Origin: Mobula hypostoma
Taxonomy: Eukaryota
NCBI RefSeq assembly: GCF_963921235.1
Contig: NC_086101.1
Coordinates: 11,410,001 to 11,474,000 of the forward strand
DNA length: 64,000 nt
Direction: 5' to 3'
Numbering within the stretch: position 1 is the first letter of the stretch; every line of letters starts with the position of its first letter. Positions 47,945 through 60,055 of this stretch are shown one piece after another. The notes beneath the pieces were generated by a model, which was not told the DNA's origin, did no database searches, and saw only the letters and a program-made list of their open reading frames with translations. The translations under genes were made by a program, and so were the position numbers.

Positions 47945-48943
47945 ACCAGTCAGGGAAAATGTCACAGCATTGCTCAGACTGGAGAACTCATCTAGCAAGG
48001 TGTTATAGATGGACATGGGGAATAAGTAAAGTATAACTGTGTAATGGGGCAATATTAATGACCACCCAACAATCCACGGGATTGAGAGGAATAAATCTGC
48101 AGAGAGATCACAGCCTGTTGCAAGAAACATGAAGTTGTTTCTTAACATAAATTTAACTTTCCACGTATTGTAGAAACCCCATACTGTAAAACGACTAGAT
48201 GGAGTAGAGTTTGTCAAATGTGCTCAGAAATGTTTCATTCATCTGTACGTAGAAGTACCAATGAGAAAGTGAACCAATTTGTGATCTGCTACTAAGGAAT
48301 GAGACAGAGCAGTGACAGAAGTTTGTGTAAGGGAATACTTTCTATCTAGTGATCACAGTGCGATTAGTTTCAAAATAAATCTAGTCGACCAATTGAGATT
48401 CTAAATTGGAAAAAGGCCAATTTTGATGGTGTCAGAAATGATCTGGCATGTGGATTGGGACAGGCTGCCTTCTGGCAAAGGGAGGCCTTCAAAAGTGAAA
48501 TTTTGAGAGTACAAAGCTTGAATATGCCTGTCCGAATAAAGGGTAAAGATAACAAAGTTGAGGGAACTTCGGTTTTCAAGAGGTATTGAGGTCCTGGTTA
48601 ATAAAGGAGGTACATAACGTGCAGGCAGGCAGCAACAAATGAGGTGTTTATGTAGTATAAGAAGTGCAAGAGAATACTTACAGAAGGAAATCAGAAAGGA
48701 TAAATGAAGGCATGAAGTTGCCCTTGTAGACAAGGTGAAGGAGAATCCTTAGGGATTCTACAGATATGTTAAAAACAAACAGATTACAGGGACAAAATTG
48801 GAAGTTCATAATAGTAATCCAAACGTGGAGGTAAAAGAGATGGGGGGGGATCCTAATTGATTTTTTTTTTACATCTGCATTTACTCAGGGGATGGGTGCA
48901 CAGTCTATAGAAGTGAGAGAAAGTGGCAATGACTTCATGGACC

Positions 48944-49325
48944 TGTTGGAACTCTTGTTTATTTTCTGATCCTTGGGGTCTTCCAGGAGTCACCAATGGA
49001 GTGCAGTCTTAATTGTAACGACTGTGTTTTTAAGTACAAACAAAACATGCAAGTCACCTTTTATAATCCAGATAACCAAAATTCATCAGATAGAAATAAA
49101 ACTCATTAATAAGCGACATCATTAAAGCAGTTACTTCATGTATTTAATGTACTAATACTTAGCTAATAAAAAATGACAAAGGTGATAACGCTTCTGTTTA
49201 ACTGGTATACCACTTTCTGTCAGTAAGTGCAGATGAACCACCACACACTGTGAAAAATGCATGACTTTGTTAAAAAGTAGAAATCTTATTTAAAAAAGAT
49301 ATTATTTAAAAAGTCGTTTCCAACA
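48944..49325. mobile_element. Solo LTR (382 bp), second family
   Basis: Inverted termini TGTTGGA...TCCAACA; TSD GACC (48940-48943 / 49326-49329). Confidence 0.8.
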
Positions 49326-50319
49326 GACCCTATACAGATTACAGAGAAGGCAGTGTTTCCTGAGGGAAATTAGGGTGGATGAATCCTCAGGGCTAGACAA
49401 GGAGTTCCCTCAGTCCATGTGGGAGGCAAATGCTGAAAGTGCAGTGTCCCTGGCAGAGATACTTAAATCATCCTTAGCCACAGGTGAAGTTCCGGTGGAT
49501 TGGAAGACAGTGCCGCTGAAGAAAGGCTCTAAGTTGAGCCAAGAAATTCTCAGCCAGAGAGCCCAACATCAGTGGTGGGAGAGTTATTGGAAGGTATTCC
49601 ACCAGCTCGAATATATGAGTATTTGGATAGCATGGACCAATTAGAGATAGTTGACATGGCTTCGTGCGTGGTAGGTCATGTCTAACTAATCTTACAGGAT
49701 TTGTCGAGGAAGTTACAAGGAAAGTTAATGAAGGCAAGGCAGTGGATGTTGGCTCTGTGTACTGTAGCAAGGCATTTGTCAAGGTCCCGCATGGGAGGTT
49801 GGTCAAGAAGGTTCGTCCGCTCAGCGTTCAAGCTGAGGTGGTAAACTGGATTAAAATTGGCAGCGAGGAGCGCAGTCGAATAAAGGATCTGAGAATGCAG
49901 GTCCATAATTCATTGAAAATGGTGTTGCAGATAGATAGGGTTCTAAAGAAGGCTTTTGGGCACATTGGCTTTCATTAATCAATGTATTGAGTACAGGAGA
50001 TGGGATGTTATTTTGAAGTGGTATAAAACATTGGAGAGCCCTAATTTGCAATATTATGTGTAGTTTTGGGCACAAGCCTAAAGGGAAGATGTAAGTAAGG
50101 CTGGAAGAGTAGAGAAAAGAATTGTAAGGGTGTAGCTGGGAGTGCAGGATCTGAGTTATAAGGAAAGATTGAATAGATGAGGACTTTATTTCTTGGAATG
50201 GCGAAGATTGAGGGGAAATTTGATATAGTGTACAAAATTATGAGGGGTATAGTTAGGGTAAACATAAGCAGGCTTTTTCCATGAGGTTGGTTGGGACTAC
50301 AACTGGAGGTCCAGAGTTA

Positions 50320-53300
50320 GAATCAGGATCAAAATCCGGTTATTATCACCAGCATGTGTCAGGAAATTTGTTAAATTGGCAGCAGCAGTTCAATGCAAAA
50401 CATGATAATATGGAGAGAGAAAATAAAAGTAAAGCAATTACTGTGTATGTGTATAATCAACAATACCATATAAAAAAAAATCAATAGTAGTGTTCGTGGG
50501 TTCAAATTCCATTTAGGAATCATATGGCAGAGGGGAAAAAGATGTCCTTGAATCACTGAGTGTGTGCCTTCAGGCTTCTGTACCTCCTTCCTGACGGAAC
50601 AACGAGAAGAGGGCTTCTCTTGAGTGATGAGGGTCCTTAATAATGGACGTTGCCTTTATGAGGTACCGCTCCTTGAAGATGTCTTGGGTACTACGGAGGC
50701 TAGTACCCAAGATGGAACTGACTAATTTTACGACTTTCTGTAGCTTCTTTCGGTCCTGTGCAGTAGCCACCACCCCCCGCATCAATACCAGACAGTGATG
50801 CAGCCTGGCCGAATGCTCTCCACAGTACATCTTAGTTGACAAACCAAATTTCTTCAAACTTCGAATGAAACATGCCTACAGTTTTGCCTTCTTTCTAGCT
50901 GCATTGGTATGTTGGGACCAGGTTAGATTCTCAGAGATCTTGACTCCCAGGAACTTGAAATTACTCACTCTCTTCACTTCTGATCCCTCTATGAGGACTC
51001 GTTCATGTTCCCTTGTCTAATCCTTCCTGAAGTCCACAATCAGCTCTTTCGTTTTTACTGACATTGAGTGCCAGGTTGTTGCTGCGACACGACTCCACTA
51101 GTCGGTATATCTCACTCCTGTACGCCCTCTCATCTCCATCTGAGGTTCTACCAACAATGGTTGTATCATCAACAAATTTATAGATAGCATTTGAGCTATA
51201 CCTAGCCACACAGTCATGGGTATAGAGGGAGTAGAGCAGTGGCTAAGCTCACACCCTTGAGGTGCACCAGTGTTTGTCGTAAGTGAGGAGGAGATTTTAT
51301 CCCCAATCCACACAGATTGTGGTCCTGTGGTTAGGAAGTCGAGGATTCAATTGCAGACGGAGATACAGAGGGCCAGGTTCTGTAACTTATCAATCAAGAT
51401 TGTGGGAATGATGGTGTTAAACGCTGAAAGGCAAGATGTTTAAGGGAGACATCTTCACTCAGATGTCTTAAGGAATAATAAGACTGTGGAAAGAGCTGAC
51501 AGCACAAGTAGTGCAGCGAGCTCGATTTCAATGTTTTAGATATGTTTGGATACGTACATGGATGGAGGCGTACAAAGGGCTATTTTCCTGGTGCAGGTCG
51601 ATGGGAGTAGGTAGTGTAAATGGTTTGGCATGGACTAGATGGGCAAAAGGTCTTGCTTCTGTTTTGTACTTTTCTATGTCTCAATGAATCTAAACCTAAA
51701 CAGGATTTACCCAGCAATTGGCGAGTCTCTGGAGAGTGTTCGGTAGGAATACTGAGTGCAGGAGCTGGAATGTGACGTTGCCACACTTTGGAGCACCGTG
51801 ACCAGAATATTTACCTTGCTATAACAATGATGTCATTAATTTGAAAAGAGTGCAAAACAGGTTTACAACCATGTTACAGGGGATGGAGGGATTTGGTTTT
51901 GAGGAATAGCTGGATAGGCCGGGAATTTTCACTGGGGATTAGGAGGCTGCTAAGGGAAACACTAGAGGCGGGAATAGTTACAATGATTTTGAAGACATCT
52001 GGACAGGTACATGGGTAGGAAACACTTAAAGGAATAATGGGCAAATTCAGGCAAATGGGAGTAGCTCATTAAAACAAGTTGGTTAGCACGAATGAATTTG
52101 GTCCAAAAGCCTACCTTATCTCCTCTTTAAATGCCTCCAGAATTCACTCACCACATTCTCATCTGGATCCAGTTGTTGCTCTACCCCTTCCTTACAGCCA
52201 TAAGACCATAAGACAATAAGAGATAGGAGCAGAATTGGGCCATTTGGCCCATCGAGTCTTCAACACCATCCAAATATGGCTGATCCTTTTTTCCCCTCCT
52301 CAGGCCCACTTCCTGGCCTTCTCTCAGTAACCTTTGATGCCGTATCCAATCAAGAACCTATCAATCTCTGTCTTAAATACACCCTACGACCTGACCTCCA
52401 CAGCTGCCTGTGGTAACAAATTCCACAAATTCACCACCCTCTGGCTGAAGAAATTTCTCCGCATCTCTGTTTTAAATGGATGACCCTCTTGTCCTAGACC
52501 TTCTTGTCCTAGACACCACCACCATGGGAAACATCCTTTCCACATCTACTCTGTCTAGGCCTTTCAACATTCGAAAGGTTTCAATGAGATCCCCCCTCAT
52601 CCTTTGAACTTCCTCCAAGTGCAGACCCAGAACTATCAAACGTTCTTTGTATGATAACCGAGTCGTTCCCAAAATCATCCTTGTGAACCTTTTCTCGGCC
52701 CTCTCCAATGCCAGCACGTCCTTTCAGAGATGAGGAGCCCGAAACTGTTCGCAATACACAGGATAAGGCCTCGCCCAATGCCTTATAAACCCTCAGCATC
52801 ATGTCCCTGCTGTTTATTCTACACCTCTTGAAATGAATGCTAACATTGCATTTGCCTTCCTCACCACTAACTCAACCCGAAAGTTAACATTTAGGGTGTT
52901 CTGCAAAGGATTCCCAAGTCCCTTTGCATCTCAGATTTCTGGATTTTCTCCCTGTGTAGAACATAGACTACACATTTATTTCTACTAACAAAGTGCATGA
53001 CCATGCATTTTCCAACATTGTATTTCATTTGCCACTCTCTAGCACATTCTTCTAATCTATCTAAGCAGCCTTCCTGTTTCCTCAACACTATCCTCCCCTC
53101 CACTAATTTTTGTATACAAACTTGGCAACAAAGTCATCTATTCCATCACCTAAATCAGTTATATACAGCATAAAAAGAAGCAGTCCCAACACCAACCACT
53201 GTGGAACACCTCTAGTCACTGGCAGCCAACAAGAAAAGGATCCTGTTATTCCCACTTGTTGCCTCCTACCAATCAGCCATTCTCTAACCATGCCAGTAAT

Positions 53301-53620
53301 TTGCCTGTCTTACCTTGGGCTCTTAACGTGGTAAGCAGCCTCATGTTTGGCACCTTTTCAAAGGCCTTTTGAAAGTCCAAATATACAATATCCACTACAT
53401 CTCCTTTATCTGTCCTACTTGTAATCCCCTTAAAGAATTCCAGCAGGTTTGTCCTAGATTTTCCCTTCAAGAAACCATGCTGACTTTGTCCTATCTTGTC
53501 CTGAGTGACTATGTCTTCCATAACCTCCTCCTTAACAATTACTCCAACATCTTCCCAGCCACTGAGGCCAGGCCAACTGGACTATAATTTCCTTTCTGCT
53601 GCCTTCCTCCTTTCTTAAAG
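50320..53620. mobile_element. Rex1-like (minus, about 50320-51427) and CR1 fragments in TRIM intron 5
   Basis: Minus ORFs with TGAPQGC and KFVDDTT (51003-51313); CR1 QHGF and GVPQ remnants (52470-53620). Confidence 0.75.
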
Positions 53621-53962
53621 TGTTAAGACCTGTTTCCATGGGCTCTCTCCCGTCTTTCTTTCCGTTCTTGTGTGAAGGTCTCAACCACTGTCCATCTCCC
53701 TCCACATCTGCTGCTTACCCGCTGAGTTCCTCCAGCATTTAGTTTGTGTTTTTCTGGAAAACTCCGCTCACACCCCAGAGGAAAACCCTCAGGAAGATAC
53801 TGCATGGTCCATTCTCTCGCTGAGTAAAATCGCAGGAAAGGTTTCTGTCGGCTATCCAACTGCGCCTGAGGCCCAGCGGCCTCTCCCCCAGTTCTGTGGT
53901 AGCGCTGCCCGAGTCTTCTCCCAGTTCTCGGGGTCTCTCTAATTCACTGCTTCTCCCCTCAG

Positions 53963-54495
53963 ACTCTGTCACCCTGGATGTGGAAACGGCGCATCTGGAA
54001 CTCGAGGTCTCTGAGGATCGGAAGAGTGTGAGACGGTCCAGTACCCGGAGGAATCTCCCTGACACCGCGAAGAGATTCATAAACTGGCTTTGTGTGTTGG
54101 GATCGGAGGGATTCACATTGGGGAGACATTACTGGGAGGTGGAGGTGACGGGGAATCAGTGGTGGAGTCTGGGAGTCGCCGCAGAGTCTGTGGACAGGAA
54201 GGGAGATGTCACTCTGAGTCCGGAGACCGGATTCTGGATCATCGGGCGGCGTGATGACGTGGTGAAAGTTCTCAGCTCCCCTGAATCCCGTCTCCCTGCT
54301 GGTCCCATCCCCAGGAGGGTGGGAGTTTATCTCAGTTACAAGTCCGGGACAGTTTCATTTTACAACGCGGAGACCAAGTCTCAACTCTACACCTTCACCG
54401 GGAATAAATTCACGGGGAAACTTTATCCTTTCTTCGCGACTAGATATGGAATGCAGTGGCTGAGAATCTGCTCCGGTTGTGCTGCAGGTCTGTAA
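53963..54495 (+). CDS. TRIM exon 6: B30.2 (PRY/SPRY) domain and stop; spliced CDS 1416 nt / 471 aa
   Basis: ctcccctcag|AC TCT GTC; DSVTLDVETAH...RHYWEVEV...VGVYLSY...LYP...TAA; exon lengths 411+96+234+23+119+533=1416. Confidence 0.94.
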
Positions 54496-54561
54496 ATGTG
54501 TCGGATCCTGGGAACTGGTGTCAGGAGTAAGTCCCTGTAAATATAAATTTGAGAAGAGTGA

Positions 54562-54567
54562 AATAAA
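54562..54567 (+). terminator. Candidate polyadenylation signal of the TRIM gene
   Basis: AATAAA 67 nt after the stop; the aligned site in the paralogue (15932-15937) reads AATGAA. Confidence 0.5.
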
Positions 54568-57485
54568 CGCTATTTGAGAATTATCAGTTCATTAATTTTA
54601 ATATGTTAACGCTATCCGTCAATGAACAGGAGTACTGCGGAAGGTGATTCTTGAGCTCCCCGGGTCCTAAGACCCACCGGCTCTGTTGTGAGTTATCGGG
54701 GACAAGGTGAATCTTGGGCAAACGGGGCGTGCTGTGGTGGTAACACAGGAAGTGCCGGAGACTCCCAGCGAGTCAGTGGCATCTATGGAGGGAAGTGATC
54801 AGCTCGAGCTGCTTCATCTGGACCGGAAGTCAGAGGGGAGATAATCGGTGCAGGATGGGGGAGACAAGGATGGAGAAAGAGCTGGCTGGTGTTGAGTGGA
54901 TCCAGCAGAGGGGTTGATAGATAGATGAAGGAGGGATGAATTGTGAAAATGTGTCGGAATCTGGGAGGTGAGAAGCGGCAGAACAAGGGGCTGAAGATTT
55001 TAGATTCTGGCATGACGGAGATATGAGGGGTGGGGATAAATGTGTGAGTGATAGGCAGATGGAGATGATGGGTCAGGCTGAGTCAGAAAATTGAAAAGGA
55101 AAATCGACAAGGTCGGTGGGGGGCGCGACTTCAGGAAGTTTGAGGGTTTGATGTCATGACGCCAGTTTGCAGGCTACCCAGCCAGAACATGAGGGGGCTG
55201 CCCCTGAGATGTTAAAAGATTAATTTATCCTGCTGACATATTAAACATGATCTGACACGTGCCTGTGCTGCCTCTTCCATTCCCTCCTTGCCAAGGTGGG
55301 TATCAGTGTGCAAATAATCAATAGGCATTGTCAGTACAGCGTCAGGGATCCAGAGGCCTTTTGATGCAGAGTGCGAACACCCATGCGCCTTCCATATCTG
55401 TTCTTCTCAGTCAGCGGTGTCCCCCTGTAAACGCTGGGCAGTGTCAATGTCTGGTATGCCCGTTGCTTTCGAGGCAGGCGAACGATTTAATGCCTGCCGG
55501 TTCATAGAGGACACAATAGAATTGCGAGCTGTAGCAGCGTCCTTGGCAGCTTGATCAGCTCTGGCATTGCCATTACTGACATCTGTGTTGTCCATCACAT
55601 GGGCAGCACATTTGATTATGGCCAGTTGCTCGGGGAGGGGGATGGCTTTGAGGAGGTTTTGGACATATAGTGGGTTCTGAATTGGTACCCCTGAGGAGGT
55701 CAGAAATCTGCGCTGCGACCATAGCTGGCCGAAGTCATGGGCCACGCCAAAGGCGTATTGTGAGTCCGTGTATATGTTTACTGATCTTCCTGCAGCCAGG
55801 ATGCAGGCTCGTGTTAGAGCAAAGAGCTCTGCTTTTTGAGCAGATGGAGGATCGAAGGAGGCTGATTCTAAAGTGGTTGTGTGGCTCACAGTTGCTTATG
55901 CTGAAAGGTGAACTCCTAAAGGTGATATAGAAGAGCTACCATCCACGAAGAGGGTAAGATCCGGTGTGGGTAATGGGGCATCTGAAAGGTCCTGTCGAGG
56001 GGAGGTTAAGAAGTGACTGCGTAAAAGGCAATCATGGGGGGGTACCGGGAGCTCGTCTGGTGGGCTACTCAGGAAGGTCACCAGGTTCACAGTTGAACAG
56101 TAGGAAAGGTCAGAAGGGGGTTATTGAGGAGAGCTACCTCATAACGACTCAGGCATGCTTGTGTAAGATGTTGGGTCTGATGGGAAGTCAAGAGGGCTAC
56201 AATAGCATGTGAGGAATAGACAGTCGGGGGTTGTTGGAGAGTAATATTGGAAGCGGCAGTTACAAGGGAGTAGATAGCGGGGAGAATTTGTGAGCAGGGT
56301 GGGAGGCCCATGGCTACAGGATCAAGGGAGTCAAGTAGTAGGCCACTGGTCTCTTGCGATCCCCATGGGCTTGGGTCAAAACAACAGTTGTGCAGTCCTC
56401 TCGGATACTGGCTTACAACTGGAGAGGCCTGTCATTCAAAGGTCTTCCGAGTGCTGGGCCACAGGAAAGGGATGTTTTTAATTCAGTGAAGGCTGACTGC
56501 TGCTCTTCTGATAGGGTGAAGGTTTCTGGGGCCTTGCTTGAGGCCAAAGGGGTTAACTGTTCGGTGAGTAGTATTACGTTAGGGAGCCACTGTCGGCAGT
56601 AGTTAACTAAGCCTAAGAAGGCACACATTTGCTTGGGCTTGTGGGCAAAGGGGACGCCAGAATGGGTGTGGTATGTTCCGGGGTCAATTGTCTATCGGAG
56701 GCACTGAGCAAAGTTCCAGGAATTTGACTTGGCGCTGGGTGCGCTTGACCTTGGCGGCCAGTATGACATACCCCCAAGAGTGGAGAGTGTTCAGGAGATG
56801 GTTGGTGTCTGCAATGTTAACAGGTTCCGAAGGGCTGGCTGGGAGCAAGTCATCAACATGTTGGACAATGGCAGAGCCGTCCAGGAGCCAGAGCTCCCGA
56901 AGCTGCCGGTGCAATACATAGAGAATAAAGCAGGCCAATGGACAAATCCCCGAGGGAGGCGAGTCCAAGTGTACTGCCAGCCCTTTACGTTAAAGGCAAA
57001 CAAATATCGGGATACTTCTGCCAGAGGGATAGCACAGAAAGCATGCTGTCAGTCAACCAGGTGAAAACACGGGCGTCGGCGGGGTTGCTGCTAAAGAATC
57101 GTTGCAGGGTTTGGCACAACCGGGTGTAAAGACTGGACTATTTTGTTGATCTGCCTGAGATCCTGCACTAATCTCCATTCTGGGCGTCCTGCTTTTGGGA
57201 CAGGTAGAATGGGGGTGTTGCAGGGTGATTGGCAGGGAACTCGGATGCCTTGTTGGAGGAACGATTCTATCAAGGTTGTTATCCCCTCTATTGCTTCTGG
57301 TCTTAGGGGGTACTGGGGTACTGAAGGCAGTTTTGTCCCTGGTATAACCTGGATCTTTATAGGCTCTACAGGGGTGCATCCTGCTTCATGCATAGAGGCC
57401 GGCCAGAGATCGGGAAAGGGTTCTTCCGAGGGGTTGTGTTGGGGTTGATGGTGGCAAAGTGGGCCCATTATGGTGAAAGGGTCTG

Positions 57486-59670
57486 CTCCGGGCCTGTGCA
57501 AGCGAGCTAGCTGGAGTGTTTGCTGACATCTTCAACTGCATGTTCCCTATTTTTACAGGCCCAGGTTCCGGAGCTTAGGAATCAGTTTATTTGGAGTGAT
57601 GGTATTAAAGGCAGAGCTGCAGTCAATGAAAAGGAGCCTTATGTATGCGTCTTTATTCTCCAGGTGTTCCAAGGAGGAATGTAGGGCCAGAGAGATGGTA
57701 TCTGCCATTGATCTGTTGCTCCAGTAGGCGAATTGCAAAGTGTCGAGGTTGACCGGTAGGCTGTGGTTGATGTGTGCCATAACCAATCTCTCGAAGCACT
57801 TCATAGAAACATAGAAAATAGGTGCAGGAGTAGGCCATTCGGCCCTTCGAGCCTGCACCGCCATTTATTATGATCATGGCTGATCATCCAACTCAGAACC
57901 CAGCCTTCCCTCCATACCCCCTGACCCCTGTAGCCACAAGGGCCCTATCTAACTTCCTTTTAAACATAGCTAATGAACTGGCCTCAACAGTTTGCTGTGG
58001 CAGAGAATTCCACAGATTCACCACTCTCTGTGTGAAGAAGTTTTTCCTAACCTCGGTCCTAAAAGGCTTCCCCTCTATCCTCAAACTGTGACCCCTCGTT
58101 CTAGACCTCCCCAACATCGGGAACAATCTTCCTGCATCTAGCCTGTCCAATCCCTTTAGGATCTTATACGTTTCAATCAGATCCCCCCTCAATCTTCTAA
58201 ATTCCAACGAGTACAAGCCCATTTCATCCAGTCTTTCTTCATATGAAAGACCTGCCATCCCAGGAATCAATCTGGTGAACCTTCTTTGTACTCCCTCTAT
58301 GGCAAAGATGTCTTTCCTCAGATTAGGGGACCAAAACATAGCAATTCATAGCAATTGATGTCAGAGCCACAGGTCGATAGTCATTCAGGCATGCCACCTT
58401 GCTCTTCTTCGGCACCGGGATTATCATTGCCTTCTTAAAACACGAGGGGACCTTAGCATGTCTACCTGGAGAATAAAGACGCATACATAAGGCTCCTTTT
58501 CATTGACTACAGCTCTGCCTTTAACACCATCATTCCAAATAAACTGATTCCTAAGCTCCAGAACCTGGGCCTTAGCACTCAAATCTGCAGCTGGATCTTC
58601 AACTTCCTCGCAGACAGGACCCAGGCTGTAAAAATAGGGAACAAGCTCTCCTCTACAATCACTCTGAGCACCGGTGCCCCACAAGGTTGTGTACTCAGCC
58701 CCCTGCTGTACTCGCTGTACACCCATAATTGTGTAGCCAAGTTTATATCAAACTCAATATATAAGTTTGCTGATGACACAACAATTGTAGGCAGTATCTT
58801 GGGTAATGATGAGTTTCAGTACAGAGAGGAAATTAAGAACCTGGTGGCATGGTGCGAAGACAATAACCTATCCCTCAACGTCAGCAAGATGAAGGAATTG
58901 GTTGTTGACTTCAGAAGGAGTAGTGGACCACACGACCCCATTTATATCGGTGGTGCACAACTGGAAAAGGTCAGAAGCTTTAAGTTCCTTGGGGTCAATA
59001 TCACAAATGACCTGACTTGGTCCAACCAAGCAGAGTCCACTGCCAAGAAGGCCCACCAGCACCCTTACTTCCTGAGAAAGCTAAAGAAATTTGGCCTGTC
59101 CCCTAAAACCCTCACTAATTTTTATAGATGCACCGCAGAAAGCATTCTTCTAGGGTGCATCACAACCTGGTATGGAAGTTGTCCTGTCCAAGACCGGAAG
59201 AAGCTGCAGAACATCGTGAACACTGTCCAGCACATCACACAAACCAATCTTCTGTCCTTGGACTTACTTTACACCGCACGCTGTCGGAGCAGTGCTGCCA
59301 GGATAATCAAGGACACAACCCATCCAGCCAACACACTTTTTGTCCCTCTTCCCTCCGGGAGAAGGTTCAGGAGCTTGAAGACTCGTATGGCCAGATTTGG
59401 GAACAGCTTCTTTCCAACTGTGATAAGACCGCTGAACGGATCCTGACCCGGATCTGGGCCGTACCCTCCAAATATCCAGACCTGCCTCTTGGTTTTTTTG
59501 CACTACCTTACTTTCCATTTTCTATTTTCTATTTATGATTTATAATTTAAATTTTTAATATTTACTATTAATTTGTACTCCAGGGAGCGTGAAGCGCAGA
59601 ATCAAATATCGCTGTGATGATCGTACACTCTAGTATCAATTGTTTGGCGACAATAAAGTATAAAAGTATA
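57486..59670. mobile_element. Rex1/Babar-like LINE with rearranged, partly inverted 5' part, inserted in ERV-B pol
   Basis: Plus-strand RT to 3' end 58465-59670 ([23 protein letters not shown], tail caataaagtataaaagtataa); minus-strand RT segment 57559-58450; short plus segment 57486-57539. Confidence 0.88.
57802..58337 (-). mobile_element. CR1 3' stub (about 536 bp) nested in the Rex1-like element
   Basis: Near-identical reverse complement of 9237-9778. Confidence 0.95.
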
Positions 59671-59810
59671 ATAGGTTAAACTCCCATCAGTCAGTTGTTG
59701 GGGTATGTCAGTGACACTGGGGTCTGACTGCTGCTTTAGTGGGTGTGCTAAGAATCCCAGGGCCTTGGCTTTGTATCCCTTGTTCACAGACAGGGTGATA
59801 TGTGGAGATA

Positions 59811-60055
59811 ACACACATCAAAGTTGCTGGTGAATGCAGCAGGCCAGGCAGCATCTCTGGGAAGAGGTGCAGTCGACATTTCAGGCCGAGACCCTTTGTC
59901 AGGACTAACTCACTCTTCCTTCAGTTAGTTCTGACGAAGGGTCTCGGCCTGAAACGTCGACTGCACCTCTTCCTAGAGATGCTGCCTGGCCTGCTGCGTT
60001 CACCAGCAACTTTGATGTGTGTTGCTTGAATTTCCAGCATCTGCAGAATTCCTGT
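59811..60055. mobile_element. Palindromic Penelope terminal-repeat mini-insertion with hammerhead motif
   Basis: 100-bp inverted arms 59811-59910 / 59923-60022 with a 12-nt spacer; 15-bp TSD tgatatgtggagata (59796-59810 / 60056-60070). Confidence 0.9.

Larger units (their letters stand above)
43590..50320 (+). mobile_element. Old CR1 (ORF1 esterase, APE and RT remnants) hosting several nested insertions in TRIM intron 5
   Basis: VIGNSIV...VIVHVGTND (ORF 44288-44515); APE remnants 47050-48400; RT remnants GRSCLTNL (ORF 49664-49978). Confidence 0.75.

Noticed and set aside
53896..53962. N-terminal extension of the B30.2 ORF as a single-exon gene (also 15240-15336)
   Set aside because: Non-ATG start running through the polypyrimidine tract and AG acceptor; intronic
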